Assembly (NCBI RefSeq): GCF_000247565.1
Contig: NC_016893.1
Span: forward strand, 420,001 to 452,000
Length of the DNA stretch: 32,000 bases
From: Wigglesworthia glossinidia endosymbiont of Glossina morsitans morsitans (Yale colony)
GTDB taxonomy: Bacteria; Pseudomonadota; Gammaproteobacteria; Enterobacterales; Enterobacteriaceae
Reading direction: 5' to 3'
The notes beneath the pieces were generated by a model, which saw only the letters and a program-made list of their open reading frames with translations, was not told the DNA's origin and ran no database searches. Made by a program: the position numbers and the translations under genes. This document shows, piece by piece, positions 22,236 through 32,000 of the stretch (position 1 is the first letter of the stretch; the number at the start of each line of letters is the position of its first letter).

Positions 22236-23521
22236 AATGCATGCATCCAAATTAACAAGCAGAAATTTTTTTTTCCTTTTTTTAATATCGTGTATTTATC
22301 GTATAATTTATCTGAATTTTTAAAGATATAATTTTCGGGCACATTTTTGCTATTATTAATAGAAACCGAAGAAGATAAAATTATATTTTGAGCATTTTTT
22401 TTTGATTTGGATAATCCAGAATTTACTAAAATACTTTTGATATCTATATTTTTTTTAAAAACTTTATATATACGAACTCCCGAAATTGATAATAAAATAA
22501 AATCTTTTTCTGAAATTTTTAAAACATCTTTATGAAATAAAATACTTGTTGCTTTTTTTGCTAAGTTTAGTTGTTTTTTTCCGTGTACAATATGCGTAAT
22601 TTCTTGAGCTAAAATTTTTTGTATTACAAATGGTTTTATTTTTTTATGAATAAATTTTTTTTCTAGTTTAGAAATATCTGAAATTTTTAAAAAAGTAAAC
22701 ATTTTTAAAAATTTAAATACATCTTCGTCTGAAGAGTTAAGCCAAAATTGATAAAAATCATAAACGCTAGTTTTATTTTTATCTAACCAAATAATTGATT
22801 TACAATTATCAGATTTTCCTAATTTAGTTCCATTAGATCTAACCATTAATGGTGTAGTAAGTCCATATACGGTTTTTTTATTTACATGATTTACCAAATC
22901 AATTCCTAAAGTGATATTTCCCCATTGATCTGACCCGCCAATTTGTAATATTACATTATATTTTTTATTTAAGAAGCAATAATCATATCCTTGCAGAAAA
23001 CTATAAGAAAAAGTCATGAATGATAGATGAGCTTTTTTTCGCAATCTCATTTTGATTGATTCTTTATTTAATAATTTGTTTACTGAACAGTAAATTCCAA
23101 ATTTTCTTAAAAAATCCAAAATAGTTAAATTTTTTAACCAAGAATAATTATTTAAAATATTTAAGGATGTTAAATTTTTTTTACATAATATAAAACTTTT
23201 GATTTGTTTTTCTATTTTTTGAGTCCAATTATAAACTGTTTCTTTATGCAAAAAATTCGCATTTTTTTCTTTGAAACTAGGATCTCCAATTAATGCAGTA
23301 GCTCCACCTATTACGACGATAGGAATGTGTCCATTTAAATAAAAATGTTTTAAACATAATAAAGGTATTAAGTGTCCTATATGCAAACTTTCTGCAGTGG
23401 GATCAAACCCGCAATAAATATGAATTTTTTTTTCTTGTACGGTTTTTTTTAGATTAATTTCGTCAGTTAATTTTTTAATTAAACCTCGGTTGTACAATTC
23501 TTGGATAATATTAGTTCTCAT
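22232..23521 (-). CDS. tyrS: Tyrosyl-tRNA synthetase
   Basis: YCGFDPTAESLHIGHLIPL, QIGGSDQWGNI, GTKLGKSDN. Confidence 0.97.
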   Translation of the reverse strand: MRTNIIQELYNRGLIKKLTDEINLKKTVQEKKIHIYCGFDPTAESLHIGHLIPLLCLKHFYLNGHIPIVVIGGATALIGDPSFKEKNANFLHKETVYNWTQKIEKQIKSFILCKKNLTSLNILNNYSWLKNLTILDFLRKFGIYCSVNKLLNKESIKMRLRKKAHLSFMTFSYSFLQGYDYCFLNKKYNVILQIGGSDQWGNITLGIDLVNHVNKKTVYGLTTPLMVRSNGTKLGKSDNCKSIIWLDKNKTSVYDFYQFWLNSSDEDVFKFLKMFTFLKISDISKLEKKFIHKKIKPFVIQKILAQEITHIVHGKKQLNLAKKATSILFHKDVLKISEKDFILLSISGVRIYKVFKKNIDIKSILVNSGLSKSKKNAQNIILSSSVSINNSKNVPENYIFKNSDKLYDKYTILKKGKKNFCLLIWMHAF

Positions 23522-23558
23522 GTTATTTTTTATTTCATAAAATAATTTATTCTAAAAA

Positions 23559-24209
23559 TTACGGAGATACACGCATTTTTTTCCATTTGGAATTAATTTT
23601 TTTATATAAAAATCTATCATGTAATCGATTACATCTGCCTTGCCAAAATTCTGCTGTATCAATATCGACTTGATACCCTCCCCAAAATTTTGGACACGGT
23701 ATATATGTATTTGAAAATTTTTTTTGAAATTTTTTAAATTTATTTTCTAATATTTTTCTATTAGGAATTTTTTGTGATTGTTTTGATGCCCAGATGCTAA
23801 TTTGACTTAATCTTGGTCGAGTATAAAAATATTTTACAATTTTGTCACGTGATATTTTTTTTGCAGTACCTAAAAATAAAATTTGTCTATTAATATGATT
23901 CCATATAAATAATAGACTAACATGAGCATTATGTTGTATATGAAATGCTTTTCTGCTTTTAAAGTTAGTAAAAAATATAATTTTGTTCTGTTCAATTTTT
24001 TTTAGTAAAACAATTCTTTGATACGGTCTATTTTTTTGATCTACTGTGCCTAGACTCATCATATTAAGATCTGGTATTTTTGCTTGATATGCATCTTTTA
24101 ACCATAATTTAAATAAATTTATCGGATGATAAGTCAATTGATAACTTCTTAATTTTCCTATTGTATATTCTCTACGTGACAATAAAATTGTATTTAATTT
24201 TTTATTCAT
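23559..24209 (-). CDS. pdxH: Pyridoxine/pyridoxamine 5'-phosphate oxidase
   Basis: [40 protein letters not shown]; adjacent to tyrS. Confidence 0.96.
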   Translation of the reverse strand: MNKKLNTILLSRREYTIGKLRSYQLTYHPINLFKLWLKDAYQAKIPDLNMMSLGTVDQKNRPYQRIVLLKKIEQNKIIFFTNFKSRKAFHIQHNAHVSLLFIWNHINRQILFLGTAKKISRDKIVKYFYTRPRLSQISIWASKQSQKIPNRKILENKFKKFQKKFSNTYIPCPKFWGGYQVDIDTAEFWQGRCNRLHDRFLYKKINSKWKKMRVSP

Positions 24210-24252
24210 TTAATGCTCAAAAAAAAGAAATAATCATAAACTTTGAAATTAG

Positions 24253-24272
24253 CCGGTCTTAAGTAAGACCGG
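24253..24272. other. GC-rich perfect inverted repeat (8 bp stem, AAGT loop) in the slyA-pdxH gap
   Basis: CCGGTCTT-AAGT-AAGACCGG read directly. Confidence 0.85.
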
Positions 24273-24287
24273 ATATATTTGTTAAAA

Positions 24288-24301
24288 TCTACTTTAGTAG
24301 A
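24288..24301. other. Short inverted repeat immediately after the slyA stop
   Basis: TCTACT-TT-AGTAGA read directly; lies 1 nt beyond the slyA stop codon at 24303..24305. Confidence 0.65.
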
Positions 24302-24302
24302 G

Positions 24303-24737
24303 TTAAGATTTATTGTACAATTCTAGAATATTCTTTTCTAATTTAGAAATCATTTGACTAAGCCATTTAATTTCTTCTTGATTAATACCATTAAGAATTT
24401 CTTCTCGTGTAGTGTGAATAACATTATTAACTTGCTTAATAATTGGTTCTGCAAATTTAGTTAACTTAATTCTTTTAGCTCTCCTATCATTTGCACACGT
24501 ATGGCGTGTAATAAGTTTTTTTTCTTCTAACTGATCTAAAGTCCTTACTAGTGACGGTTGCTCAATCCCGATTGCTTTTGCCAATTGAATTTGAGATTGT
24601 TCAGGTGGTAATTGGCAAATATTATGTAAAGTTATCCAGTGTGTTTGTGTAAGCTCTAATGGTTTTAAGCGATGATCAATTAAGGCACGCCATATTCTTA
24701 CTAAACGCGCTAAATCAGATCCTAATGGTGATTCCAA
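24303..24737 (-). CDS. slyA: MarR-family transcriptional regulator SlyA
   Basis: [34 protein letters not shown]...[30 protein letters not shown] matches enterobacterial SlyA almost residue for residue. Start codon is TTG (24737..24735). Confidence 0.98.
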   Translation of the reverse strand: MESPLGSDLARLVRIWRALIDHRLKPLELTQTHWITLHNICQLPPEQSQIQLAKAIGIEQPSLVRTLDQLEEKKLITRHTCANDRRAKRIKLTKFAEPIIKQVNNVIHTTREEILNGINQEEIKWLSQMISKLEKNILELYNKS

Positions 24738-24743
24738 TTTGCT

Positions 24744-24749
24744 CTCCTT
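24744..24749 (-). promoter_or_regulatory. Shine-Dalgarno sequence of slyA
   Basis: Minus strand AAGGAG, 6 nt upstream of the TTG start. Confidence 0.8.
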
Positions 24750-25196
24750 ATCTAAACAGATATTAAATAATTTTATATTTTATTAATATATTTAGTAATT
24801 CAAAAAATATTATTTATTTTAAATAAATACAATTATACATATTTTTAAAAAACATATACAATGTTTATATTTGTTATTTTAATATTTTATATGACATTAA
24901 TTGTATTAAAAAATTTATTTATATTCTATAAATTATTAATAAATAATTATTATGTTATAATTAGAATAATTTTGATGTATATTTGTTTTTTTCAAGAAAT
25001 ATTTACAATATAATCAAAATGTTATAACTTACAATTAATAAATTTATTAAATTATTGATAGTTAATTAAAATCAATCATAATATAAAAGTCAATAATATT
25101 TTGATGCGAATGAGTTTAAATTCATTTTTTATTATATAATGTATTGAAACATTTTTAATAAAAGAATTACTTTTATTATAATTTTAAATTTTTATT

Positions 25197-25853
25197 ATGC
25201 TTCAAAAAAATCAAAAAAATACCCTGCATAAACGTTTTAGAGGATTTTATCCAGTAGTAATTGATGTAGAAACTGCAGGATTTAATTCTGAAAAAGATGC
25301 TTTATTAGAAATTGCAATAATTACGTTTAAAATGGATCATAATGGATGGTTAATCATAGATCGTAAATTACATTTTCATATTATTCCGTTTCCTGGTTTA
25401 AACATTGAAAAAACAGCACTGGCATTTAATAAAATTGATCCTTATAATCCTTTAAGAACTGCAATAAAAGAAATTGAAGCGCTGAAAAAAATTTTTTATA
25501 CTGTGCATCAAGGTATTAATTTGCAATCTTGTACTAAAGCAATCGTAGTTGCACACAACGCAGCTTTTGACCATAGTTTTCTGATGGCAGCTATTAAACG
25601 ATCATCATTAAAATACAATCCGTTTCATCTTTTTTCAACTTTTGATACAGCAACATTAAGTGGATTAGCGCTTGGACAAACAGTTTTGGCTAAAGCATGT
25701 ATAGCGGCCGGAATTAAATTTGATACTAACTCCGCACATTCGGCATTGTATGATACAGAAAGAACTGCTAAATTATTTTGTGAAATCGTGAATCGATGGA
25801 AGCGCTTAGGCGGATGGCCAGTTAATCAGAATAAAAGAATTAAATATAAATAA
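25197..25853 (+). CDS. rnt: Ribonuclease T
   Basis: [58 protein letters not shown]. Confidence 0.98.
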   Translation: MLQKNQKNTLHKRFRGFYPVVIDVETAGFNSEKDALLEIAIITFKMDHNGWLIIDRKLHFHIIPFPGLNIEKTALAFNKIDPYNPLRTAIKEIEALKKIFYTVHQGINLQSCTKAIVVAHNAAFDHSFLMAAIKRSSLKYNPFHLFSTFDTATLSGLALGQTVLAKACIAAGIKFDTNSAHSALYDTERTAKLFCEIVNRWKRLGGWPVNQNKRIKYK

Positions 25854-25873
25854 TGATAATTTAAAAGTATCTT

Positions 25874-26209
25874 TTATTCGTTAGGAGTTGCCGACTTTAA
25901 TGCATTACTAATTAGTGGTATTAATTCCCCGTTTTTATGCATTTGTGTTACTATATCGCATCCTCCAATTAAATTACCATTAATCCATAATTGAGGAAAA
26001 GTTGGCCAGTTAGCGAACTCAGGTAATTTCAAACGAATATCTGGATTTTCAAGAACATCTATATATGCAAATCTAAATCCTGAATTACATAATATTTGTG
26101 ATATTTGCGCAGAAAATCCACACTTAGGATGTTCCGGAGAACCTTTCATATATAAAATAATTAAGTTTTTTTTTATTTGTTCCTTAATTTTTTTTATTGT
26201 ATTATCCAT
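25874..26209 (-). CDS. grxD: Monothiol glutaredoxin Grx4
   Basis: LYMKGSPEHPKCGFSAQ, NWPTFPQLWINGNLIGGCDI. Start chosen at Met 26209 (MDNTIKKIKEQI); track ORF begins at 26269. Confidence 0.96.
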   Translation of the reverse strand: MDNTIKKIKEQIKKNLIILYMKGSPEHPKCGFSAQISQILCNSGFRFAYIDVLENPDIRLKLPEFANWPTFPQLWINGNLIGGCDIVTQMHKNGELIPLISNALKSATPNE

Positions 26210-26268
26210 ATAATTTTCCAAAAAAAAATATTGCATATAAATTTTAACGTCATACTTACTTGCATGCA

Positions 26269-26883
26269 TTAATTAAATTTTTTACTGATTATTTTTTCTG
26301 TTGTATCAACAATCGCTTGTATGTTTAAATCTATTTCGATATTTAATAAATCTCCGACTATTTTAGTATTTAAAGTTGTTTTAGAAATTGTTTCGGGAAT
26401 TAAATGTACATAAAAGCCGTTATTAAACATTTTTGAAATAGTTAGACTAATTCCTTCAATTCCAATATATCCTTTATAAAAAAAATATTTCATTAACTTT
26501 TTATTTAAAACTTCAACGCATATAGTTTTTGAATTTGAATCAACATTAACTTTTGATATTTTTCCGCAGCATGTAACATGACCGGACATAACATGCCCGC
26601 CTATTGGTTGACAAAGCGTAGTTGATTTTTCTAGGTTAATACGATCGCCAACTTTTATGTTAGAAAAGTTTGTAATTTTAATTGTTTCTTGTATTAAATC
26701 AAAAGTTATATGTTCGTTTTCAATTTTAGTTATTGTTAAACAGCATCCGTTGTTAGATATAGAATCTCCTATTGATAAATTTGATAAAAGATTTTTCGGG
26801 AAAAGTACGCTATAAGTAAATAAGTTATTGCTTTTTTTTAAAAAAGTGACAGTCCCTATACCTTGTATAATTCCTGTAAACAT
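26269..26883 (-). CDS. ribE: Riboflavin synthase alpha subunit
   Basis: MFTGIIQGIG, NGCCLTI, GHVMSGHV, GIEGISLT duplicated-domain signature (also named ribC in E. coli). Confidence 0.96.
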   Translation of the reverse strand: MFTGIIQGIGTVTFLKKSNNLFTYSVLFPKNLLSNLSIGDSISNNGCCLTITKIENEHITFDLIQETIKITNFSNIKVGDRINLEKSTTLCQPIGGHVMSGHVTCCGKISKVNVDSNSKTICVEVLNKKLMKYFFYKGYIGIEGISLTISKMFNNGFYVHLIPETISKTTLNTKIVGDLLNIEIDLNIQAIVDTTEKIISKKFN

Positions 26884-27014
26884 GAAATTCTTTGTTAAAT
26901 ATTAATAAATTTGTTCTATCGAGTATAGACTATATTTTATGTACTTACAATAAAAAATATCTTTTAAATTTTACAAATTTATAATCAATTTGATGTATAT
27001 AAATTTTTTTATTT

Positions 27015-27089
27015 TACGTCTGAGTGGATTTGAACCACTGACCTCCACCATGTCAAGGTGGCACTCTAACCATGCTGAGCTACAGACGT
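27015..27089 (-). tRNA. valV: tRNA-Val(GAC)
   Basis: ACGTCTG TA GCTC AGCATGGTTA GAGT G CCACC TTGACAT GGTGG AGGTC AGTGG TTCAAAT CCACT CAGACGT A: all four stems pair, anticodon GAC. No encoded CCA. Near ribE as in E. coli (valV/valW region). Confidence 0.95.
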
Positions 27090-27266
27090 AAAAAAGTGCT
27101 TTTTATAATTCAACGAGTTTAATTTTAACATACTTAAAGTTATTTAAATAAAAAATTTTTTATAAGTTTTAATATGTATTTAAATATTCATGAGATATAA
27201 AAATGTTCTGAAAAAAATTAAGATTTAGTATATTATAATTTTGTTAGTTTTTTTAAAATAAAAAAT

Positions 27267-28319
27267 ATGAAAAATCAAAAATTTTCTTTATATAAAAAGT
27301 CTGGAGTTAATATTGAATCAGCTCATATTTTAATGAATAAAATAAAATCTATAGCGATTACCACATATTCTCCAGAAGTAATGAATAGCATTGGAGGATT
27401 TGCCGCATTATGTGCGGTTCCCAAAATATATAATCAACCAATATTAGTTTTAAGTACGGATGGAGTTGGAACAAAGTTACGTTTTGCAATTGATACTAAT
27501 ATGCATAAAAATATCGGTATAGATCTCGTAGCAATGTGCGTAAATGATATCCTTACACAAGGAGCAAAACCTATCTTTTTTTTAGATTATTATGCCACTG
27601 GAAAACTAGATATAAAAATATCTTTGCAGATTATTGAAGGAATTATAGAAGGATGTAAAATTTCTCAATGTGCGTTAGTCGGCGGAGAAACTTCAGAAAT
27701 GCCAGGAATATATAAGAAAAAAGATTATGATTTGTCGGGATTTTGTGTTGGAATAGCAAATCAGTCAAATTTAATTGATACTGATAAAGTTAGAATTGGA
27801 GATTCAATTTTAGCACTAGCTTCTAATGGATTACACTCTAACGGATATTCTCTAATAAGAAAAATTATATTACAAAAAAAAATTGATTACAATCAATACA
27901 TTTTAGATCAACAAAAATTAATTGATTATTTATTAATTCCTACTCGTATTTACGTAAAATCCATATTAAATTTAATGCAAAAAATTAATATACATGCTAT
28001 TGCCCATATTACAGGAGGCGGATTAATTGAAAATATTACAAGAATTTTACCAGAAACAACATGTGCTTTAATTCAAGAAAAAACTTGGAAGTGGCCAATT
28101 ATTTTTAAATGGCTAAGTAATATTGCTAGTATTCAAAAGTTAGAAATGTATAATATTTTTAATTGTGGAATTGGAATGATTATTATTGTTTCTGAAAAGA
28201 ATGCTACAAAATCACTGCAAATACTAAAAGAAAATGGAGAAAAAGCATGGAAAGTTGGAAAAATTATACCTAGAAAATTACATAAAACATCTATATTTTT
28301 TGAAAATTTTTCTATTTAA
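27267..28319 (+). CDS. purM: Phosphoribosylformylglycinamidine cyclo-ligase
   Basis: KSGVNIESAH, LSTDGVGTKLRFAID, VGGETSEMPGIY, HITGGGLIENITRILP. Confidence 0.97.
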   Translation: MKNQKFSLYKKSGVNIESAHILMNKIKSIAITTYSPEVMNSIGGFAALCAVPKIYNQPILVLSTDGVGTKLRFAIDTNMHKNIGIDLVAMCVNDILTQGAKPIFFLDYYATGKLDIKISLQIIEGIIEGCKISQCALVGGETSEMPGIYKKKDYDLSGFCVGIANQSNLIDTDKVRIGDSILALASNGLHSNGYSLIRKIILQKKIDYNQYILDQQKLIDYLLIPTRIYVKSILNLMQKINIHAIAHITGGGLIENITRILPETTCALIQEKTWKWPIIFKWLSNIASIQKLEMYNIFNCGIGMIIIVSEKNATKSLQILKENGEKAWKVGKIIPRKLHKTSIFFENFSI

Positions 28320-28580
28320 AATAGCTATTAAATAATTATAAAAAATTATATTTCATCGAATTTTATTAAAAAATAATTATATATTCTGTATACTGTACAG
28401 TCAGTATTGAATAATAAAAAGTTTTGGTATAATAGAAATTTAACTTATTATTATTCAATAAATAAATTTTATATATAATTTAATTTTTATAAAATAAATT
28501 TTTTTAAAAGATATTAACATATACTGAAATATAATAATTTATTTAAACACATATAAATATAATTTTATAGGAAATTATAA

Positions 28581-29480
28581 ATGTTTTCAGGCAGTATAGT
28601 AGCATTAATTACACCTATGTTAAATTCAGGAAAGATAGATTTCTTTAGTCTAAAGAAATTACTAATTTATCATATGCATAGTAAAACTTCAGCAATATTA
28701 ATTTTAAGCACAACAGGAGAAGGTTATTCTTTAAATTTTAGAGAAAAATGTAAAATGTTAACGTATGTATTAGATTTTTGCGCTAAAAAAATACCCATTA
28801 TTATGGGAATAGGATCTTCTTCATTACAAGCAATATTAAAACAAATTTCTTTTTATAATCAAACAAGTATATCGGGATATTTAATATCAACACCATATTA
28901 TAGTTGTCCAAATCAAGTTGGTTTATATCAATATTTTAAAAAAATTTCTGAATTTACCAACATTCCTCAAATTATTTATAACATTCCTCGTCGTACTGGA
29001 TGCGATATACTACCAGAAACGATTGCAAAACTATCAAAAATTACAAATATTGTTGGTGTTAAGGAATCTAGTGGAGATTTAAGTCGAATTAAAAAAATAA
29101 AATTTTTATCTAATAATCATTTTAGCATATTATGCGGAGACGATATTAATATAGTAGACTTCATGAAATTAGGTGGATGTGGCGTAATTTCTATGGCAGC
29201 CAATATTCTTGCTAAAGAATCAGATCAATTATGTTTTTTAATGTATAATAAACATTATTATCAAGCAGAAAAAATATATCGTAAGTTTTATCAATTATAT
29301 AGTGCACTTACGATTGCACCTAATCCTGCTCCTATAAAATGGGCATGTAAATTTTTAGGACTAATTAAAACATATAAATCACGACTTCCTATTATTAATA
29401 TAGATAAAAAAAACATGTATTTTTTAAAAAAAATATTAAACAATACTAATATTTCTTATCAAGAAATAAACAATTTTTAA
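28581..29480 (+). CDS. dapA: 4-hydroxy-tetrahydrodipicolinate synthase
   Basis: MFSGSIVALITPM, STTGEGYSL, YNIPRRTGCD, VGVKESSGDL (Schiff-base Lys). Confidence 0.96.
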   Translation: MFSGSIVALITPMLNSGKIDFFSLKKLLIYHMHSKTSAILILSTTGEGYSLNFREKCKMLTYVLDFCAKKIPIIMGIGSSSLQAILKQISFYNQTSISGYLISTPYYSCPNQVGLYQYFKKISEFTNIPQIIYNIPRRTGCDILPETIAKLSKITNIVGVKESSGDLSRIKKIKFLSNNHFSILCGDDINIVDFMKLGGCGVISMAANILAKESDQLCFLMYNKHYYQAEKIYRKFYQLYSALTIAPNPAPIKWACKFLGLIKTYKSRLPIINIDKKNMYFLKKILNNTNISYQEINNF

Positions 29481-29527
29481 GTTTCAATTGAATATTAAAA
29501 TTTATCTTCAAGTGCTTTACTTATAGT

Positions 29528-30247
29528 ATGAAAATTCAAAAGCTTAGTAAAATTTATGACGGAAAGTCAAAAATTTTGTATAAAACGAATGATCCAAAAA
29601 TATTAGTGCTCGAATTTAAGCAAGATATATCTAAATTTAATGGGAAATACATCAAAAAATTTGAAAAAAAAGATATTATTAATAACAAATTTAGTTATTT
29701 TATCATGAATAAGTTAGCTAAAAAAAATATTCAAACGCATGTAATATCTTTATTTTCGGAAAATCAAACATTAGTCAAAAATTTAAAAATGTTTCCTATA
29801 GAGTGTGTCATACGTAATTATGCCTCTGGATCAATAGTCAAAAGATTTAACTTGGAGGAAAGATCTTTTTTAAATCCGCCTATTTTAGAAATATACCTTA
29901 AAAACGATTCTTTAGGAGATCCAATAATTAATGAAACACACTGTATCACATTTAAATTAATTAATTCTAAACATTTAGAAAATATAAAAAAAACAACAAT
30001 TTACATAAATTATATTTTACAAAAATTATTTTTTAGATCCGAATTGATTCTGATAGATTTTAAGTTAGAATTTGGTTTGTTTAATGGAATTCTGACATTG
30101 GGAGATGAATTTTCTTTGGATAATAGTCGAGTTTGGGAAAAAAAAACATTTAAAAAAATGGATAAAGATATTTTTAGAGATAATCTAAACTACGATATTG
30201 TAGAGTGTTATCAAAAAGTAGCAGAAAAAATTGGATGTTTTATTTAA
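29528..30247 (+). CDS. purC: Phosphoribosylaminoimidazole-succinocarboxamide synthase
   Basis: KIYDGKSKILY, VIRNYASGSIVKR, LIDFKLEFG, DEFSLDNSRVW. Confidence 0.96.
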   Translation: MKIQKLSKIYDGKSKILYKTNDPKILVLEFKQDISKFNGKYIKKFEKKDIINNKFSYFIMNKLAKKNIQTHVISLFSENQTLVKNLKMFPIECVIRNYASGSIVKRFNLEERSFLNPPILEIYLKNDSLGDPIINETHCITFKLINSKHLENIKKTTIYINYILQKLFFRSELILIDFKLEFGLFNGILTLGDEFSLDNSRVWEKKTFKKMDKDIFRDNLNYDIVECYQKVAEKIGCFI

Positions 30248-30289
30248 TTTGATAAAATTAAAATTAACTTGTTGTACAAATAAATACGT

Positions 30290-31546
30290 TTACAATTTTA
30301 GCCTTTTAATATTTGCACCTAAATTTTTAAGTTTTTTTTCAATACAGTCATATCCTCGATCGATATGTGAAACACAATCTACTATTGTAACGCCATCTGC
30401 AATACACCCCGCAAGAATTAAACTAGCAGAAGATCTTAGATCTTTAGCAATTACTTGCGTGCCAGATAGTCGATTAACTCCATAGCAAAAAATTTTATTA
30501 CTTTTAATAATTGCTTGAGCTCCCATTCTTATAAGTTCTGGAACATGCATAAATCTATTTTCAAAAATTGTTTCTGTAATAATACCCAGTCCTTTAGACA
30601 CTAAATTTAGCAAAGTAAATTGCGCTTGCATATCTGTTGGAAATCCAGGATACGGTTCTGTTTTTATTTCTACAGCTCGGGGTCTTTTTCCATGCATATC
30701 CAATTTAATCCAATTTTTTCCTATATTAATTTTCGCACCTGCTTCATGAAGTTTTTTTAAAACAATATTTAAATTATTAGGATTAGTATCATGACATGTA
30801 ATTTTTCCTCGCGATATTGCACCTGCTACTAAGAATGTGCCGGTTTCTATACGATCTGGTAAAATTCGATATACACCACCTTTTAATTTTTTTACGCCTT
30901 GTATTATAATAGTTTTCGTGCCTACTCCATTTATTTTAGCACCTAATAAAATTAAAAAATTAGCTGTTTCAATTATTTCTGGCTCTCTAGCAGCATTTTC
31001 AATAATAGTCATGCCAATCGCTAAAGTTGCGGCGCTCATAACTGTAACTGTTGCGCCTACACTGATCTTTTTCATTATAATATGTGCTGAATGTAATCGC
31101 CCTTTAACATTGGCTGTAACATAACCGTCTTTAAAATAAATTTTAGCGCCAAGTTTTTTTAATCCATCAATATGTAAATCTACTGGTCTCGGGCCAATAT
31201 CGCATCCTCCAGGAAGAGAAATTTTGCCTTCCCCAAATCTAGCGAGTAAAGGTCCTAAAATCCAAATTGACGCACGTATGTTTTTAACTAATTGACATGG
31301 TGCATGATATATGTTGATGTTTCTAGCATTGACATAAATAGATTTATTTTCTTCAACTGTAGCCCCTAAGTATTTTAATAAACTTATAGCAATTTCAATA
31401 TCTTTTAACTTAGGAACGTTTTGTATTTCAATTTCTTCTTCCGATAATATTGTTGCAAATAAAATAGGCAGCGAGGAATTTTTAGAACCTGATATTATAA
31501 CGTCTCCACTTAATTTTGTTGCACCCTGTATGTAAAATTGATTCAC
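30290..31546 (-). CDS. murA: UDP-N-acetylglucosamine 1-carboxyvinyltransferase
   Basis: [55 protein letters not shown]. Confidence 0.97.
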   Translation of the reverse strand: MNQFYIQGATKLSGDVIISGSKNSSLPILFATILSEEEIEIQNVPKLKDIEIAISLLKYLGATVEENKSIYVNARNINIYHAPCQLVKNIRASIWILGPLLARFGEGKISLPGGCDIGPRPVDLHIDGLKKLGAKIYFKDGYVTANVKGRLHSAHIIMKKISVGATVTVMSAATLAIGMTIIENAAREPEIIETANFLILLGAKINGVGTKTIIIQGVKKLKGGVYRILPDRIETGTFLVAGAISRGKITCHDTNPNNLNIVLKKLHEAGAKINIGKNWIKLDMHGKRPRAVEIKTEPYPGFPTDMQAQFTLLNLVSKGLGIITETIFENRFMHVPELIRMGAQAIIKSNKIFCYGVNRLSGTQVIAKDLRSSASLILAGCIADGVTIVDCVSHIDRGYDCIEKKLKNLGANIKRLKL

Positions 31547-31586
31547 GTTTTCTTATCTCTATTAATTTAATTAATAAACATAATAA

Positions 31587-31847
31587 TTACTGTTTTTTAA
31601 GATGAGTATTTTTTTTAATTTCCCATTCTTTTAGAGTATATGTGTAAACAGATATGGCATGAATGTCATTGTTTTTAATATATAATTTTAGAGGTTGATA
31701 AACTATTTGTTCTCTTTGAATACGATTTAATTTAATAAATATATCGCTAATTACAAAAATTTTGAAATATTTTCCATTGTTATCTATATGAATATTATTG
31801 CATTTTAGTGCTTTTTTAAGTATATTTTTGATTGTTTTAATTTCCAT
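31587..31847 (-). CDS. ibaG: BolA-family protein IbaG (YrbA)
   Basis: About 86 aa BolA-like ORF directly upstream of murA, as in enterobacteria; FIKLNRIQREQIVYQPLK resembles the BolA/IbaG core (loss of the usual histidines in places). Confidence 0.8.
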   Translation of the reverse strand: MEIKTIKNILKKALKCNNIHIDNNGKYFKIFVISDIFIKLNRIQREQIVYQPLKLYIKNNDIHAISVYTYTLKEWEIKKNTHLKKQ

Positions 31848-32000
31848 TAAACTTCCTGAATTTTTTAAAAAAAATTATTTTATTAATATTTAACTTACTC
31901 ATTTTATTATAAAATATTTAATGCATATCGAACAATAATTTTTAATATACAAAGTATTAATTTTTCTTAATATTGTGTTATAAATTTGTTACTAACGAAA

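Noticed and set aside
30837-31124. Antisense ORFs 30231..30485 and 30837..31124 (plus) over murA, and similar shadows at 10840, 12688, 14881, 15922, 16532, 16794, 19506, 21080
   Set aside because: All are on the opposite strand or an alternate frame within strongly supported conserved genes and show no family similarity or independent start signals.

Overview
This window is an AT-rich (roughly 25-30% GC by eye), gene-dense chromosomal segment that looks like the reduced genome of an obligate gammaproteobacterial (Enterobacterales-like) insect endosymbiont. Recognisable genes, left to right: the 3' end of sufA (missed by the ORF track), sufB, sufC, sufD, sufS, sufE, lpp, pyrG, eno, an L,D-transpeptidase, ychF, pth, prs, ispE, lolB (frameshifted), hemA, prfA, prmC, kdsA, nadE, fumC, a secreted phospholipase-D-family nuclease, nth, tyrS, pdxH, slyA, rnt, grxD, ribE/ribC, tRNA-Val(GAC), purM, dapA, purC, murA and ibaG. 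Several blocks keep enterobacterial order. I found no CRISPR, phage, transposon, toxin-antitoxin or biosynthetic cluster, and nothing I could honestly call a new multi-gene system. The best leads are: (1) lolB broken by a single-base deficit in an A9/T9 tract while both flanks stay well preserved, a candidate for polymerase-slippage rescue; (2) a SlyA regulator that is much better conserved than its neighbours, with a TTG start and strong SD; (3) an exported PLD/HKD-family nuclease in an otherwise minimal gene set; (4) a GC-rich perfect hairpin plus a second hairpin between slyA and pdxH; (5) retention of Lpp, an Ldt, murA and kdsA envelope functions.
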